Of a stretch of 64,000 nucleotides of DNA, positions 9,628 to 17,805 are shown piece after piece. Each line of letters starts with the position of its first letter. Position 1 is the first letter of the stretch. A program made the translations under genes and the position numbers. The notes under the pieces are model-generated. The model had not been told where the DNA came from and did no database searches. It saw nothing but the letters and a program-made list of their open reading frames with translations. The stretch comes from a virus (taxonomy: Duplodnaviria > Caudoviricetes), in IMG/VR virus record IMGVR_UViG_3300020710_000008, positions 291 through 64,290 of that record, one strand, 5' to 3'.

Positions 9628-10055
9628 ACCACCTCGCTAAACCCATAGGGAACATCAATACGAGCAATCATACGCTGAATAGATTCCAAAGGAACCTTAT
9701 GGACATTACGCTGGAAGCAGAGTTCAGCTTCTCCCTTGATAACATCCATCCAGACCTCATAGCCACGGCTACGGGCCTCTTCAACATAGAACTTACGCTC
9801 CCTGGCAGTGGTATTAGTGTTATCCACAATCACCAACTCTTTGCCAGCAACGAGAGCATCCACATAAAGGCTTTGGCAAGTTTGGTGCGCCATATACAAC
9901 TTAGCTCGATCAAAGACATAGTTTCCATCCACCTCAAAATAGTGATCCGCCGAGACAATGGCTCGGTTCTCTTCCTTAATATCCTTAATATGATCTTTGA
10001 CCCAGGTGGACTTTCCAGAACCCGGCGCTCCGACCATCAAGATGACTTTTCGCAC
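9624..10055 (-). CDS. P-loop polynucleotide-kinase-like protein (AAA_33 type)
   Basis: LMVGAPGSGKSTW, VSADHYF, VIVDNTN; GTG start 10055 after GGAGG. Confidence 0.8.
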   Translation of the reverse strand: MRKVILMVGAPGSGKSTWVKDHIKDIKEENRAIVSADHYFEVDGNYVFDRAKLYMAHQTCQSLYVDALVAGKELVIVDNTNTTARERKFYVEEARSRGYEVWMDVIKGEAELCFQRNVHKVPLESIQRMIARIDVPYGFSEVV

Positions 10056-10240
10056 TTTTCCTCCGTATTCGAATTTGCCCACTTCATGCCATAATACACA
10101 TTGAAAGCTGCACACTGCATGGCTGTAAACCAAGCTATGGACTTCAGAAGAGCGTGTGGACCAAGAAGAAAACTAACAATAAAAATCCCAGCGGACCCAA
10201 TACCCACACTTGTCAAATACAGCTTAGTTGACTTTTTCAT
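10037..10240 (-). CDS. Small membrane protein
   Basis: Two hydrophobic helices. Confidence 0.55.
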   Translation of the reverse strand: MKKSTKLYLTSVGIGSAGIFIVSFLLGPHALLKSIAWFTAMQCAAFNVYYGMKWANSNTEEKCEKSS

Positions 10241-10454
10241 TTTCTTTTTCCGTCTTTCTGATGAAATAGAGCAGGTTGACCAGAGTGTAGGGCCAAATGG
10301 CCGCTACTGGAATACAGAACAAGAACATGGGAAAGAATCCTCCATGCTTATCATAAGTGGGGCGAATCTCGGCATCAAAGTAGCCGATGGTCATATAACC
10401 CCATAGGAAGAGTAAGGTAGCGAGAGCGGGGAAGGCCCAAATCTTTGTCCACAT
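10224..10454 (-). CDS. Small membrane protein
   Basis: Two hydrophobic helices. Confidence 0.55.
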   Translation of the reverse strand: MWTKIWAFPALATLLFLWGYMTIGYFDAEIRPTYDKHGGFFPMFLFCIPVAAIWPYTLVNLLYFIRKTEKENEKVN

Positions 10455-10456
10455 AA

Positions 10457-10618
10457 CTAGCTCCTAACGATATAGCCGAGAGCCATGAGAAACTGGACGC
10501 CATTGACAACGGCGAGAGTCCCCAGGATGAACTTGATCAGCGTATTCCAACCCCGGCTAGACCAGCAGAGAGTCAAAAGAGCAAAAGCTGCCGTATTAAG
10601 TCCAAGAATGGTTGTCAT
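10457..10618 (-). CDS. Small membrane protein (53 aa, below ORF-track cutoff)
   Basis: GGAGG SD plus AGTATAAT; MTTILGLNTAAFALLTLCW... Confidence 0.55.
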   Translation of the reverse strand: MTTILGLNTAAFALLTLCWSSRGWNTLIKFILGTLAVVNGVQFLMALGYIVRS

Positions 10619-10779
10619 GTTATTGCCTCCAATGGTATTATACTAGTCTTGAAAGGATTTCAGGACAAAGGGTTTCACAATCTTTTTCTTATTCTTCAGC
10701 ACCTGGGTAGAGGTATTAATGATAACACCCAAAAGCGACAAACGAGCCGCATTCTTATGGGCCTTAAGCGTTTTCTTTT

Positions 10780-10938
10780 TCATCGCTTACCTCCTTTATT
10801 TGGGATGGGTTCTAGGCCAGTTCCGTTACACCAGCCACACTTAGGACTTCCAGTGACATCGTAGATTCCAGAACCACTACAGGCAGTGCATTTGCGGGGT
10901 TCGATTCTGATTCCAATGTGCTTTTTCTTGAACTTCAT
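10780..10938 (-). CDS. Small DnaJ-type zinc-finger protein (52 aa)
   Basis: CTACSGSG...CGWCNGTG (two CxxCxGxG motifs); GGAGG SD. Confidence 0.65.
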   Translation of the reverse strand: MKFKKKHIGIRIEPRKCTACSGSGIYDVTGSPKCGWCNGTGLEPIPNKGGKR

Positions 10939-11630
10939 CGCTTCCTCCTTTGGGTTACATGCTTCCAGCGTTTACCTTTTCGGATGCAACAGACAATACT
11001 AGGGCTGATACCATACTTTTTTGCTAAGGCAACTCCAGGCTCTTCACTAATAAAAATTTCTCTAACTTGATCATCGGTAAGTTTAGCCGCATAGGAAGCC
11101 ATTCCCTGCACGGCTAGTGTGAGGCTCAGCCTGTTCTGATCTGAGATGGTTTTGCCAAATCGTGGATGATTGCTTCCGCTGTTAGCATCGGATATCTTTT
11201 GCCTACTTTCCGCTGACAGGGTATGGCCTATTTGACCTATTGCTATGTTTTCCCTAGCCTCTTCAGATTTTTGTTTTCCTTTCCTCTCAATCGAATACCG
11301 CAATTTAGTAGCTTCAGAGTGTTTCCTACCTGACATTGGGGCTAGGGCGTCTTTACTTATGTTATAGCACTGCACCCCACCATCCCAATACACATCCAAG
11401 CAGCGTTGTTCAAATAACAGCAGATCCCTTTCGTCACAATATAAAACTACCTCGTAACTAAATGTGTCTCCATACCTATTGTAAGAATCCTGAAGATGTG
11501 GATTAGCGTGTTTATTGTGCTTAAGTCCTGTTTTGTGGTAAGCCCATCTGCGAGGAATATTTTTAGATGACCCAATATACACCTTATTGGTTACGAAGTT
11601 TGTTATTTTATAGATGCCAGATGTTTTCAT
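10935..11630 (-). CDS. GIY-YIG homing endonuclease with NUMOD3-like repeats and C-terminal HTH
   Basis: GIYKITN...VYIGSS...RW..H; HSEATK and HTLSAESR repeats. Confidence 0.9.
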   Translation of the reverse strand: MKTSGIYKITNFVTNKVYIGSSKNIPRRWAYHKTGLKHNKHANPHLQDSYNRYGDTFSYEVVLYCDERDLLLFEQRCLDVYWDGGVQCYNISKDALAPMSGRKHSEATKLRYSIERKGKQKSEEARENIAIGQIGHTLSAESRQKISDANSGSNHPRFGKTISDQNRLSLTLAVQGMASYAAKLTDDQVREIFISEEPGVALAKKYGISPSIVCCIRKGKRWKHVTQRRKR

Positions 11631-12052
11631 GCAATATCTTTGCTGTTTGCTATTGTGCTATGGAATGTTTTTTCAAAACCCTCAATGGGATCATGATATT
11701 CCGGGGACAATGGAGCGTTGTGAAGTCCAAGTTCTGCTCGGATTTCTTCAAGGCGAGTGGAGAAGCAATCCAGCCACCAATAGACTTTACCCTGGAAGAT
11801 GTAGTTGCTGTAGGTGAATTCTACCCGCTCACCCTCATACTTACCCCAAGCCTTGAGATTTTTGGGCTTCTCGTAACGGACCACAGTGATGTGGGGATCG
11901 TAACGCTGTCCATTGGCCTTGAACCACTTGGGAATGAGGGACTTGTAAAAGAGACCGATACCCTTATCAATATTCAAAACGAGTCGGTACCCGTAGCCAG
12001 GTACATGGTCGTAGTGGAGAGTCCCCACGGACTTGAAGAAAGTCTCGCTCAT
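11627..12052 (-). CDS. 2H phosphoesterase family protein
   Basis: Two HxT motifs: PHITVV and FHSTIA. Confidence 0.7.
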   Translation of the reverse strand: MSETFFKSVGTLHYDHVPGYGYRLVLNIDKGIGLFYKSLIPKWFKANGQRYDPHITVVRYEKPKNLKAWGKYEGERVEFTYSNYIFQGKVYWWLDCFSTRLEEIRAELGLHNAPLSPEYHDPIEGFEKTFHSTIANSKDIA

Positions 12053-12076
12053 AGACCTATTATACTGCGGCTCTGC

Positions 12077-13801
12077 CTACTTCTTCTCCAATATTTTTAC
12101 GAGCCCATCATAATACTTTTTCTCTAATTCTAAGTGAGCATACATAATTCCATCTGTTTTATTAGTATAATACTCTGTTATACTAATATGTTTAACAAGC
12201 CAATTGACAACTTGATTATGGTCAAAACCTGAAATGCCCTTCTTCTTAAAGCCATCTACTAAATTATTAGCAAATTCAATTGGACCTGAATTTGCTAAAG
12301 CTTTCCTCTGGAACCCCACATCTCCAAGAGAGTTAGCTGCTTCTTGAGCGACAAACCCCAAAGATGTGGGAGTTGTGGGGCTCTTTACCCAAGTAGGTAG
12401 AGATTGCTGAACCATAGCTGGAGGTTCAGGCGGCATATCTAAAGCGGCCTTTTTCCAATTGGCGATGTTGACTTCCCCATCAGCAGAGCCCTCAGGCTTG
12501 CTCACATCTTTGGCAAATCCCCAATGAACCTCAGCATCAGTTCCTCTAGCTTTGGAGTTATGTATAGCTAATTGTTTGACTTGCTGCATGACTGGCCCAG
12601 GTAGCTCCTTGAGGTTATCTGGATTACGAACTACGATATGAGAGCCTGGAGCCCCTGCGACATGGAACCAAAAATCATTAGAATTAGCTACTTCAAGAGA
12701 TAAAATGTCGTTTTCAATGGCAGAACGTCCGATAAGAATCTGGAAGCCCTCAAAATCCTGAAGCTTATACGGAGCCTTAGCGATTTTCCCAATCTTAGGA
12801 ACTACATTGGTTTCCCAATATTCTTTGTTCCCAATCCTATTGAAGTCAATCCCTGGAATAGCCAGCCATTTCTTGCTATGTTCTTTCGCGGCATTGACAT
12901 CAAATCCTGTGTAATCATCTTTTACCCATAACCATTTGTGATGCCAAATAGCAGCCGTGCTACCATTTTTATGATCACCATTTGACTTAACTACAACGTA
13001 GTTACCAGCTACAGGTTCATCAGCGGTATCAAAATCAGGGGACTCGAAAAAGGTGTAAGTTCCATCTTTATTCCACTTAATGACGTTATAATTGGGAAGA
13101 CTGACTAGTGCAATCTCCTCTGCTTTAGCCAAGGCTTCTTGGTTTGGAAGCGAACCTTTATAGTTCCTATGGAGATAGATAGCGCCCCCAATGTCCTTAC
13201 CCACCCCTAAATAGGATCTTCTAATAGGAGTCCCTTTTTCTGTTTTTAAATCAGAGGTCTTAGATCCACCCTTAGCTTCGATGGCCAATCTAGCAGCTTC
13301 AGCCGTGTAGGGCTTCCAATCCTTCTTTCCAAAGAACTTGACATATAAATCCTGCCAATCCTTTTCTGATTTGATATTAGGCATATGCGTAACCAAGAAG
13401 CCAACATCAACAGGATCGTTGGCCTTTTCCTCTGGCCTTCCTGACATGATCTTCAAACATAGAAGATATTCCTTTGAGGGTAATTCTATACTGAGATTTG
13501 AAAATTGAGGGCCTGGAACTGTCTGGCCTTTCTTGGGAGCATAGTAATCTTTACTGGTATCATTGAACCAGTCATCAGATAGATCCATTTCCCAGGTCAC
13601 TTGTTCCACAGCAGCTTGCAACTCGGGTGACATATACCCAGCATCTAGATCCTTGACCTCTCTGGGGAAGTCTGGGAACTGGAACATGATGGCAGCACCA
13701 CCAGTGATAACCACAGTAGCTTTCTGGTTCTTGGCCTTTAAAACGGCATTTACGGCTTCTAGAGCGGCCATTACTTTGGAGCGGTCCATATTCATAATCA
13801 C
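12077..13801 (-). CDS. Multidomain protein: DUF6036/MenT-like nucleotidyltransferase + phosphorothioation-associated-protein-like domain + NFACT-R (DUF814) + unknown C-terminal domain
   Basis: GGAAI...REVKDLD...DWFND (NTase); GKDIGGAIYLH...YNVIK...PDFD...IWHHK; GRSAIEND.L...DFWFHVAGAPGSH.VV (NFACT-R). Confidence 0.7.
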   Translation of the reverse strand: MIMNMDRSKVMAALEAVNAVLKAKNQKATVVITGGAAIMFQFPDFPREVKDLDAGYMSPELQAAVEQVTWEMDLSDDWFNDTSKDYYAPKKGQTVPGPQFSNLSIELPSKEYLLCLKIMSGRPEEKANDPVDVGFLVTHMPNIKSEKDWQDLYVKFFGKKDWKPYTAEAARLAIEAKGGSKTSDLKTEKGTPIRRSYLGVGKDIGGAIYLHRNYKGSLPNQEALAKAEEIALVSLPNYNVIKWNKDGTYTFFESPDFDTADEPVAGNYVVVKSNGDHKNGSTAAIWHHKWLWVKDDYTGFDVNAAKEHSKKWLAIPGIDFNRIGNKEYWETNVVPKIGKIAKAPYKLQDFEGFQILIGRSAIENDILSLEVANSNDFWFHVAGAPGSHIVVRNPDNLKELPGPVMQQVKQLAIHNSKARGTDAEVHWGFAKDVSKPEGSADGEVNIANWKKAALDMPPEPPAMVQQSLPTWVKSPTTPTSLGFVAQEAANSLGDVGFQRKALANSGPIEFANNLVDGFKKKGISGFDHNQVVNWLVKHISITEYYTNKTDGIMYAHLELEKKYYDGLVKILEKK

Positions 13802-13818
13802 CTACACATTAGAAATGA

Positions 13819-14208
13819 TTAGTCAGAATTTCCATGAATAGGGCAAGCACCACTGACAATCCCATAGCCAGTCCCCCAACGTTCTGCATTGTCTATCTTA
13901 GGGCAACGGCATTTAGGCACAGTATACCAGTGATGGAAATTGGCATTCTGTTCAAAACCCCAAACTTGCTGGAGTTCAAACTGAAGCCTCTTCCATTCCA
14001 TATTAAGAACTTTTAGAGTTCCTACGTCATCAGTATGCTCCATAGCATTTAGAATATTTTGTACCCCCAGGTGAAGAGTCCTGAGTTCCCCCAATCCTTC
14101 TAGGGTAATCTTCTGCTTCTTACACAGATTGGGATTGATATAGAAGGGCTCTCGGCCAGGATATTCAACAATGAAGCTTTCTGACTTACTGTAGTCAATT
14201 TTAGTCAT
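13819..14208 (-). CDS. Hypothetical phage protein with C-terminal Cys/His cluster
   Basis: PKCRCPKIDN...CPIHG. Confidence 0.65.
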   Translation of the reverse strand: MTKIDYSKSESFIVEYPGREPFYINPNLCKKQKITLEGLGELRTLHLGVQNILNAMEHTDDVGTLKVLNMEWKRLQFELQQVWGFEQNANFHHWYTVPKCRCPKIDNAERWGTGYGIVSGACPIHGNSD

Positions 14209-14217
14209 ACTTTCTCC

Positions 14218-14856
14218 TTAAATTTCAAAAATGATTGGTGCATTGATCGGCCTCAAACGATTATCGCAAATGCAGGCATTTACAAATACTGTATCCCCCC
14301 GCCTTCCGCGACCATAACCTGGATGAACGTGACCAAATACATGATACTTCGGTTTCTTATTCTGAACCGCTTGCAGGAGTTGGTAGTTACCCAGACATTT
14401 CTGTTTAAAATCTTCACAGACCTCATCAAACATTCCGTACGGAGGAACATGGGTAATCAAAAGATCCAATTCATCTGGGATTTCTTGATGAAGATCCTGA
14501 AGATCCTTGGTATCATCTGTAAAGTTAGGATGAACGGGGGCTCCATAGACAAATAGGTCTTTCTTGCCATCTTCTTGAAGGAACCGTCCATCATTTTGCA
14601 AATAGATGATGTTATTTTCTCTACAGAGGATCTGAATGATCTCCCTGTCAATGTGGTAATCGTGATTACCCGGCACATAAATCTTGTGTTTGTAAGGGAG
14701 GTAACCATACCAATCGAAGAAGGGGATTAATTCATCAAGAGTCCCCTTATCTGTAGCATCACCCGCATGGACAATCACATCCCCCTCTGGCAGCTTACCG
14801 TCCAGAACCTCGTGCTGATTATGCGTATCAGTAATAGCTACTATTTTCCAAGTCAA
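14218..14856 (-). CDS. Calcineurin-like metallophosphoesterase
   Basis: DTH, HAGD, GNHD, THVPP, FGHVH. Confidence 0.9.
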   Translation of the reverse strand: MTWKIVAITDTHNQHEVLDGKLPEGDVIVHAGDATDKGTLDELIPFFDWYGYLPYKHKIYVPGNHDYHIDREIIQILCRENNIIYLQNDGRFLQEDGKKDLFVYGAPVHPNFTDDTKDLQDLHQEIPDELDLLITHVPPYGMFDEVCEDFKQKCLGNYQLLQAVQNKKPKYHVFGHVHPGYGRGRRGDTVFVNACICDNRLRPINAPIIFEI

Positions 14857-14864
14857 CGGAGAAA

Positions 14865-14898
14865 TCCCCCTACCTCTATTATACCAGGGATAGGGGGA
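14865..14898 (-). promoter_or_regulatory. Stem-loop with TATAAT in the loop; covers the RBS of 14856 and may also act as a terminator
   Basis: TCCCCCTA/TAGGGGGA arms (extendable) around attatacc; followed by UUUC on the minus strand. Confidence 0.55.
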
Positions 14899-14909
14899 AA
14901 TTGATCCTT

Positions 14910-15107
14910 TTAAATATAATCCAAGAAAGAAGTCATGAAATCTTTAAATCCTTCACGATTCAAATCTTGGCCTGATTTAGTAAAACGACTCTTTAGAACT
15001 CTATAGCGGCCACCTTCAGTCACAACGATTAAAGAAGCATTGTGAGTTTGGGTTAAGGGGAGAGACCCCAATTCTTTTTCAGTTGCAATGATAATCGTTC
15101 TAGTCAT
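14910..15107 (-). CDS. Hypothetical protein
   Basis: Likely start ATG 15107, overlapping the upstream stop. Confidence 0.5.
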   Translation of the reverse strand: MTRTIIIATEKELGSLPLTQTHNASLIVVTEGGRYRVLKSRFTKSGQDLNREGFKDFMTSFLDYI

Positions 15108-15606
15108 CGCTGCCCCCACAACTAGAACTTGAGGAGTCACTAGAGCTTGAGGAGTCCCCCCAATCACTAGAACTTGAAGACTGCTCTCCCCAATCACTAT
15201 GAGACTCAATGGAAATGGGGACATAGGGCTCAGGAGTGGGATCTGGTGTTGGATCGGGAGTAGAGGAATCAGTAAGAATATCACTCACTAAAGCGGCAGC
15301 AGTAACTCCGATAGCCAGATCCATCAAATCATCTGAGCCAGCATCCTCTTCTACTACTACATTTGTCTTAGGAGTCCCCCAAAAAGACTGCTTCCTGCCC
15401 AGCGTGGCAGCAGCGTAAGGAGGAATATCCTTGCTCACTGGAACGACTAGCACAGTTGGCTTATCTGGGGTATCATAGGAACTGATAATCTCCGGGTAAA
15501 CTGGAGCCATTAGATCAGTAATAGGCTGATCAGTCTTATGAACCTGATACCAAACTCCAGCCGCAATTGCAGCCAGTCCAACGATAGCAACTACGATCCA
15601 AATCAT
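15100..15606 (-). CDS. Membrane-anchored protein with Ser/Asp-rich low-complexity tail
   Basis: N-terminal transmembrane segment; SSSSSDWGDSSSSSDSSSSSCGGSDD. Confidence 0.7.
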   Translation of the reverse strand: MIWIVVAIVGLAAIAAGVWYQVHKTDQPITDLMAPVYPEIISSYDTPDKPTVLVVPVSKDIPPYAAATLGRKQSFWGTPKTNVVVEEDAGSDDLMDLAIGVTAAALVSDILTDSSTPDPTPDPTPEPYVPISIESHSDWGEQSSSSSDWGDSSSSSDSSSSSCGGSDD

Positions 15607-15614
15607 TATTTCTC

Positions 15615-16658
15615 CTATGGGATGAGACTACGAGCAGCTTGACTAATCATAAAATTGATTTGAGTTCCGGACATGCCCTCTTTGATGTTTTGCTTGATGA
15701 AGAAATCCAAGTCCACTACCAAATTAGTCAGGTCTCGTGGCATGACCATGAGCCAATCCAAAGGCATACCACGTTTGATACCCTTGCTAATACTGATCAA
15801 ATCATCAGCTTCGGGGCCTTCTTTTTTCCAGCGAGTGATCATATCAAACAGGCTACAAGCATTATTATAAGAGTCACTATAACCCAATTTTTTCAGTGCC
15901 TGGGCACGGATACTCTTGGGGATAGCACAGAAAAACTCAACCATATACATGTTCCAAGAGTAATCTCGGCCCTCCACAAAAAAGGGACCAATGGGGAGCC
16001 ATTCCTTAATTGCTCTAGCCACCTCAATATTCTGGTTCAGCACCCACATGAACGTTCTCAGATTCTTGGCCTTTTCCAGTTCTCCACGGATACGGTCAGC
16101 CGGAACTGCATACAATTCCTTAGAGGCCACAGCCATCAGCTTATAAGTCTCATGGGTAACAGTCCAGTTTCCGGAAGAAGCAAAACGAGCTACCCTCAAA
16201 ACACGAACTGGGTCTTCAGCAAATGCTTCAGAACAAGCGTGGAGCAGCAAGTTAGCCATATCATGAGCAGACCTCTCAATAGGGCAAACCAGACCCATAT
16301 CAGGGTGCCACAGCATTGCATTGATAGTCAGGTCACGGCGCAGACAGTCCTCCTTGAAGGAGGGAGTGTAGCTGGTTTCAAACCCAGTATAGCCTACACC
16401 AGTCTTGCGCTCTGTGCGAGTGCAAGCCAGTTCACCAACTCCGGTGTGGAAGACAGGGAAAGCTTTACCGACCTTCTCATAGCCCATACCCTCAACACGA
16501 TCAGGGTCCATGTTGGTTACAAAGTCGAAGTCCTTGGGGGTCTTCCCCAACATTAGATCACGAACAGCCCCGCCAACTAGATAGACATGACCACCAAACC
16601 CTGCGGCTCGGTCATTCAGTTCTTTCATGTGGTCAATGATGTGTTGCGGAACTTGCAT
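15615..16658 (-). CDS. cca: tRNA nucleotidyltransferase (CCA-adding / poly(A) polymerase class II)
   Basis: YLVGGAVRD..LG..PKDFD, DC.RRDLTINAM, AF.EDPVRVLRVARF. CCA versus poly(A) specificity cannot be decided from motifs alone. Confidence 0.8.
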   Translation of the reverse strand: MQVPQHIIDHMKELNDRAAGFGGHVYLVGGAVRDLMLGKTPKDFDFVTNMDPDRVEGMGYEKVGKAFPVFHTGVGELACTRTERKTGVGYTGFETSYTPSFKEDCLRRDLTINAMLWHPDMGLVCPIERSAHDMANLLLHACSEAFAEDPVRVLRVARFASSGNWTVTHETYKLMAVASKELYAVPADRIRGELEKAKNLRTFMWVLNQNIEVARAIKEWLPIGPFFVEGRDYSWNMYMVEFFCAIPKSIRAQALKKLGYSDSYNNACSLFDMITRWKKEGPEADDLISISKGIKRGMPLDWLMVMPRDLTNLVVDLDFFIKQNIKEGMSGTQINFMISQAARSLIP

Positions 16659-16687
16659 GAGTTCTCCTGCTGCTATTATACTGGGGC

Positions 16688-16933
16688 TCAGGGCTTTTCT
16701 GCTAGAATCTTTCGGCCCTCGTTAATCCACAAATTCCTGCGGGTATCGGGGACAGAGAAGGAATCGGCAATAGTCTTACCATGGCGAAGTCCACCAGATT
16801 TGCCAACGAAATAGTGAATAAGGTGGGCGGCGTGGTCTTCTGCAAAGACCAGATACTTAGTGCTGCGAGAAGGAATTTCCCTCCAGCCATTGGCTTTCAG
16901 ATAAGCGGAAATACATTCGCGTTGAGTGGACAT
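16688..16933 (-). CDS. Hypothetical protein
   Basis: ATG 16933 after GGAGG and AGTATAAT. Confidence 0.6.
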   Translation of the reverse strand: MSTQRECISAYLKANGWREIPSRSTKYLVFAEDHAAHLIHYFVGKSGGLRHGKTIADSFSVPDTRRNLWINEGRKILAEKP

Positions 16934-16952
16934 AGAAACGCCTCCAAGGTTA

Positions 16953-17765
16953 TTATACTGCGTCACGGACCAGATTTACTACGGCAAAATACCCAGCTTG
17001 CTGCTTGGTGAAACGATTGACGATACGGCCCAGCAATTCCACACCACCATCCAGAGCGTCATCCCATACATCCTCAGGACTATCGTTCTGGGTGTGGAGA
17101 GTGTTCCAAGTAACAGGGTGCTTGTCATAGAACTCCTCTTCAGGAAGAGCGCAGACTAAAGCAGTGGGAATCTGCATACGAATCATATTCAAGTTGTCAG
17201 ACGGAGGGGTCTTGCGGCTAGGAAGATCATAGACCAGCCCAGTATCGTCATAACCAGAAACGAAGAAGGTGGTCCCAATTCCAGTGACATCAAAGATGAT
17301 AGACTGGAGGGGCAGATTGTCCTTGTGCATCTGAGTGTAGACTTTAGATCCCATGCATTCAGAACCAAAAATCTCCTCATGATCAAAGAAGCAAAAGGTG
17401 ATATTAGGCTCTTTACCAGAGTCCTGCAATTGGCTAGCCGCTTCAATAAGCTGGATGACTGCTGCACCATTATCGTTGGCACCAGGGCAATTGGGGACAG
17501 CATCGTAATGAGCCCCGATGAGCAAATGGTCCTTTTGCTCACCAAAGACCACCAGGAAATTCACAGTCTCCCAGGCATCAGCAGTGAAAGAGGGCCAAAC
17601 TTTACGCTCGATAATCAAACGAGTGGGGAAACGCTTACGGAGAATGGCTTCTAGGCGGGTCTGGCGCATATCAATGGCAGTGGCTTCGCAAAGATCAGCT
17701 AACATTGCCTTTAAATCAGGCTTTACATCTTCAATTGTATATTCTATTACGGTTTCAGGGTTCAT
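16953..17765 (-). CDS. M28 family metallopeptidase
   Basis: GAHYDA, PGANDNGA, FDHEE, FDVTG, LHTQND. Confidence 0.85.
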   Translation of the reverse strand: MNPETVIEYTIEDVKPDLKAMLADLCEATAIDMRQTRLEAILRKRFPTRLIIERKVWPSFTADAWETVNFLVVFGEQKDHLLIGAHYDAVPNCPGANDNGAAVIQLIEAASQLQDSGKEPNITFCFFDHEEIFGSECMGSKVYTQMHKDNLPLQSIIFDVTGIGTTFFVSGYDDTGLVYDLPSRKTPPSDNLNMIRMQIPTALVCALPEEEFYDKHPVTWNTLHTQNDSPEDVWDDALDGGVELLGRIVNRFTKQQAGYFAVVNLVRDAV

Positions 17766-17767
17766 TT

Positions 17768-17799
17768 TACTGCCTCACCTCTATTATACTAAGGCAGTA
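17768..17799 (-). promoter_or_regulatory. AGTATAAT promoter nested in a perfect 8-bp inverted repeat abutting the M28 RBS
   Basis: TACTGCCT 17768-17775 / AGGCAGTA 17792-17799 flanking attatact 17783-17790. Confidence 0.6.
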
Positions 17800-17805
17800 C
17801 TGATT

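Noticed and set aside
10885-10920. GGTTCGATTC T-loop-like motif suggesting a tRNA
   Set aside because: No cloverleaf can be formed, and it lies within the DnaJ-type zinc-finger ORF.
15110-15200. Short tandem DNA repeats
   Set aside because: They encode the Ser/Asp-rich low-complexity tail; there is no spacer structure.
15639-16556. 305-aa plus-strand ORF
   Set aside because: It is the antisense shadow of the CCA-adding enzyme, as are most other plus-strand ORFs in the track.
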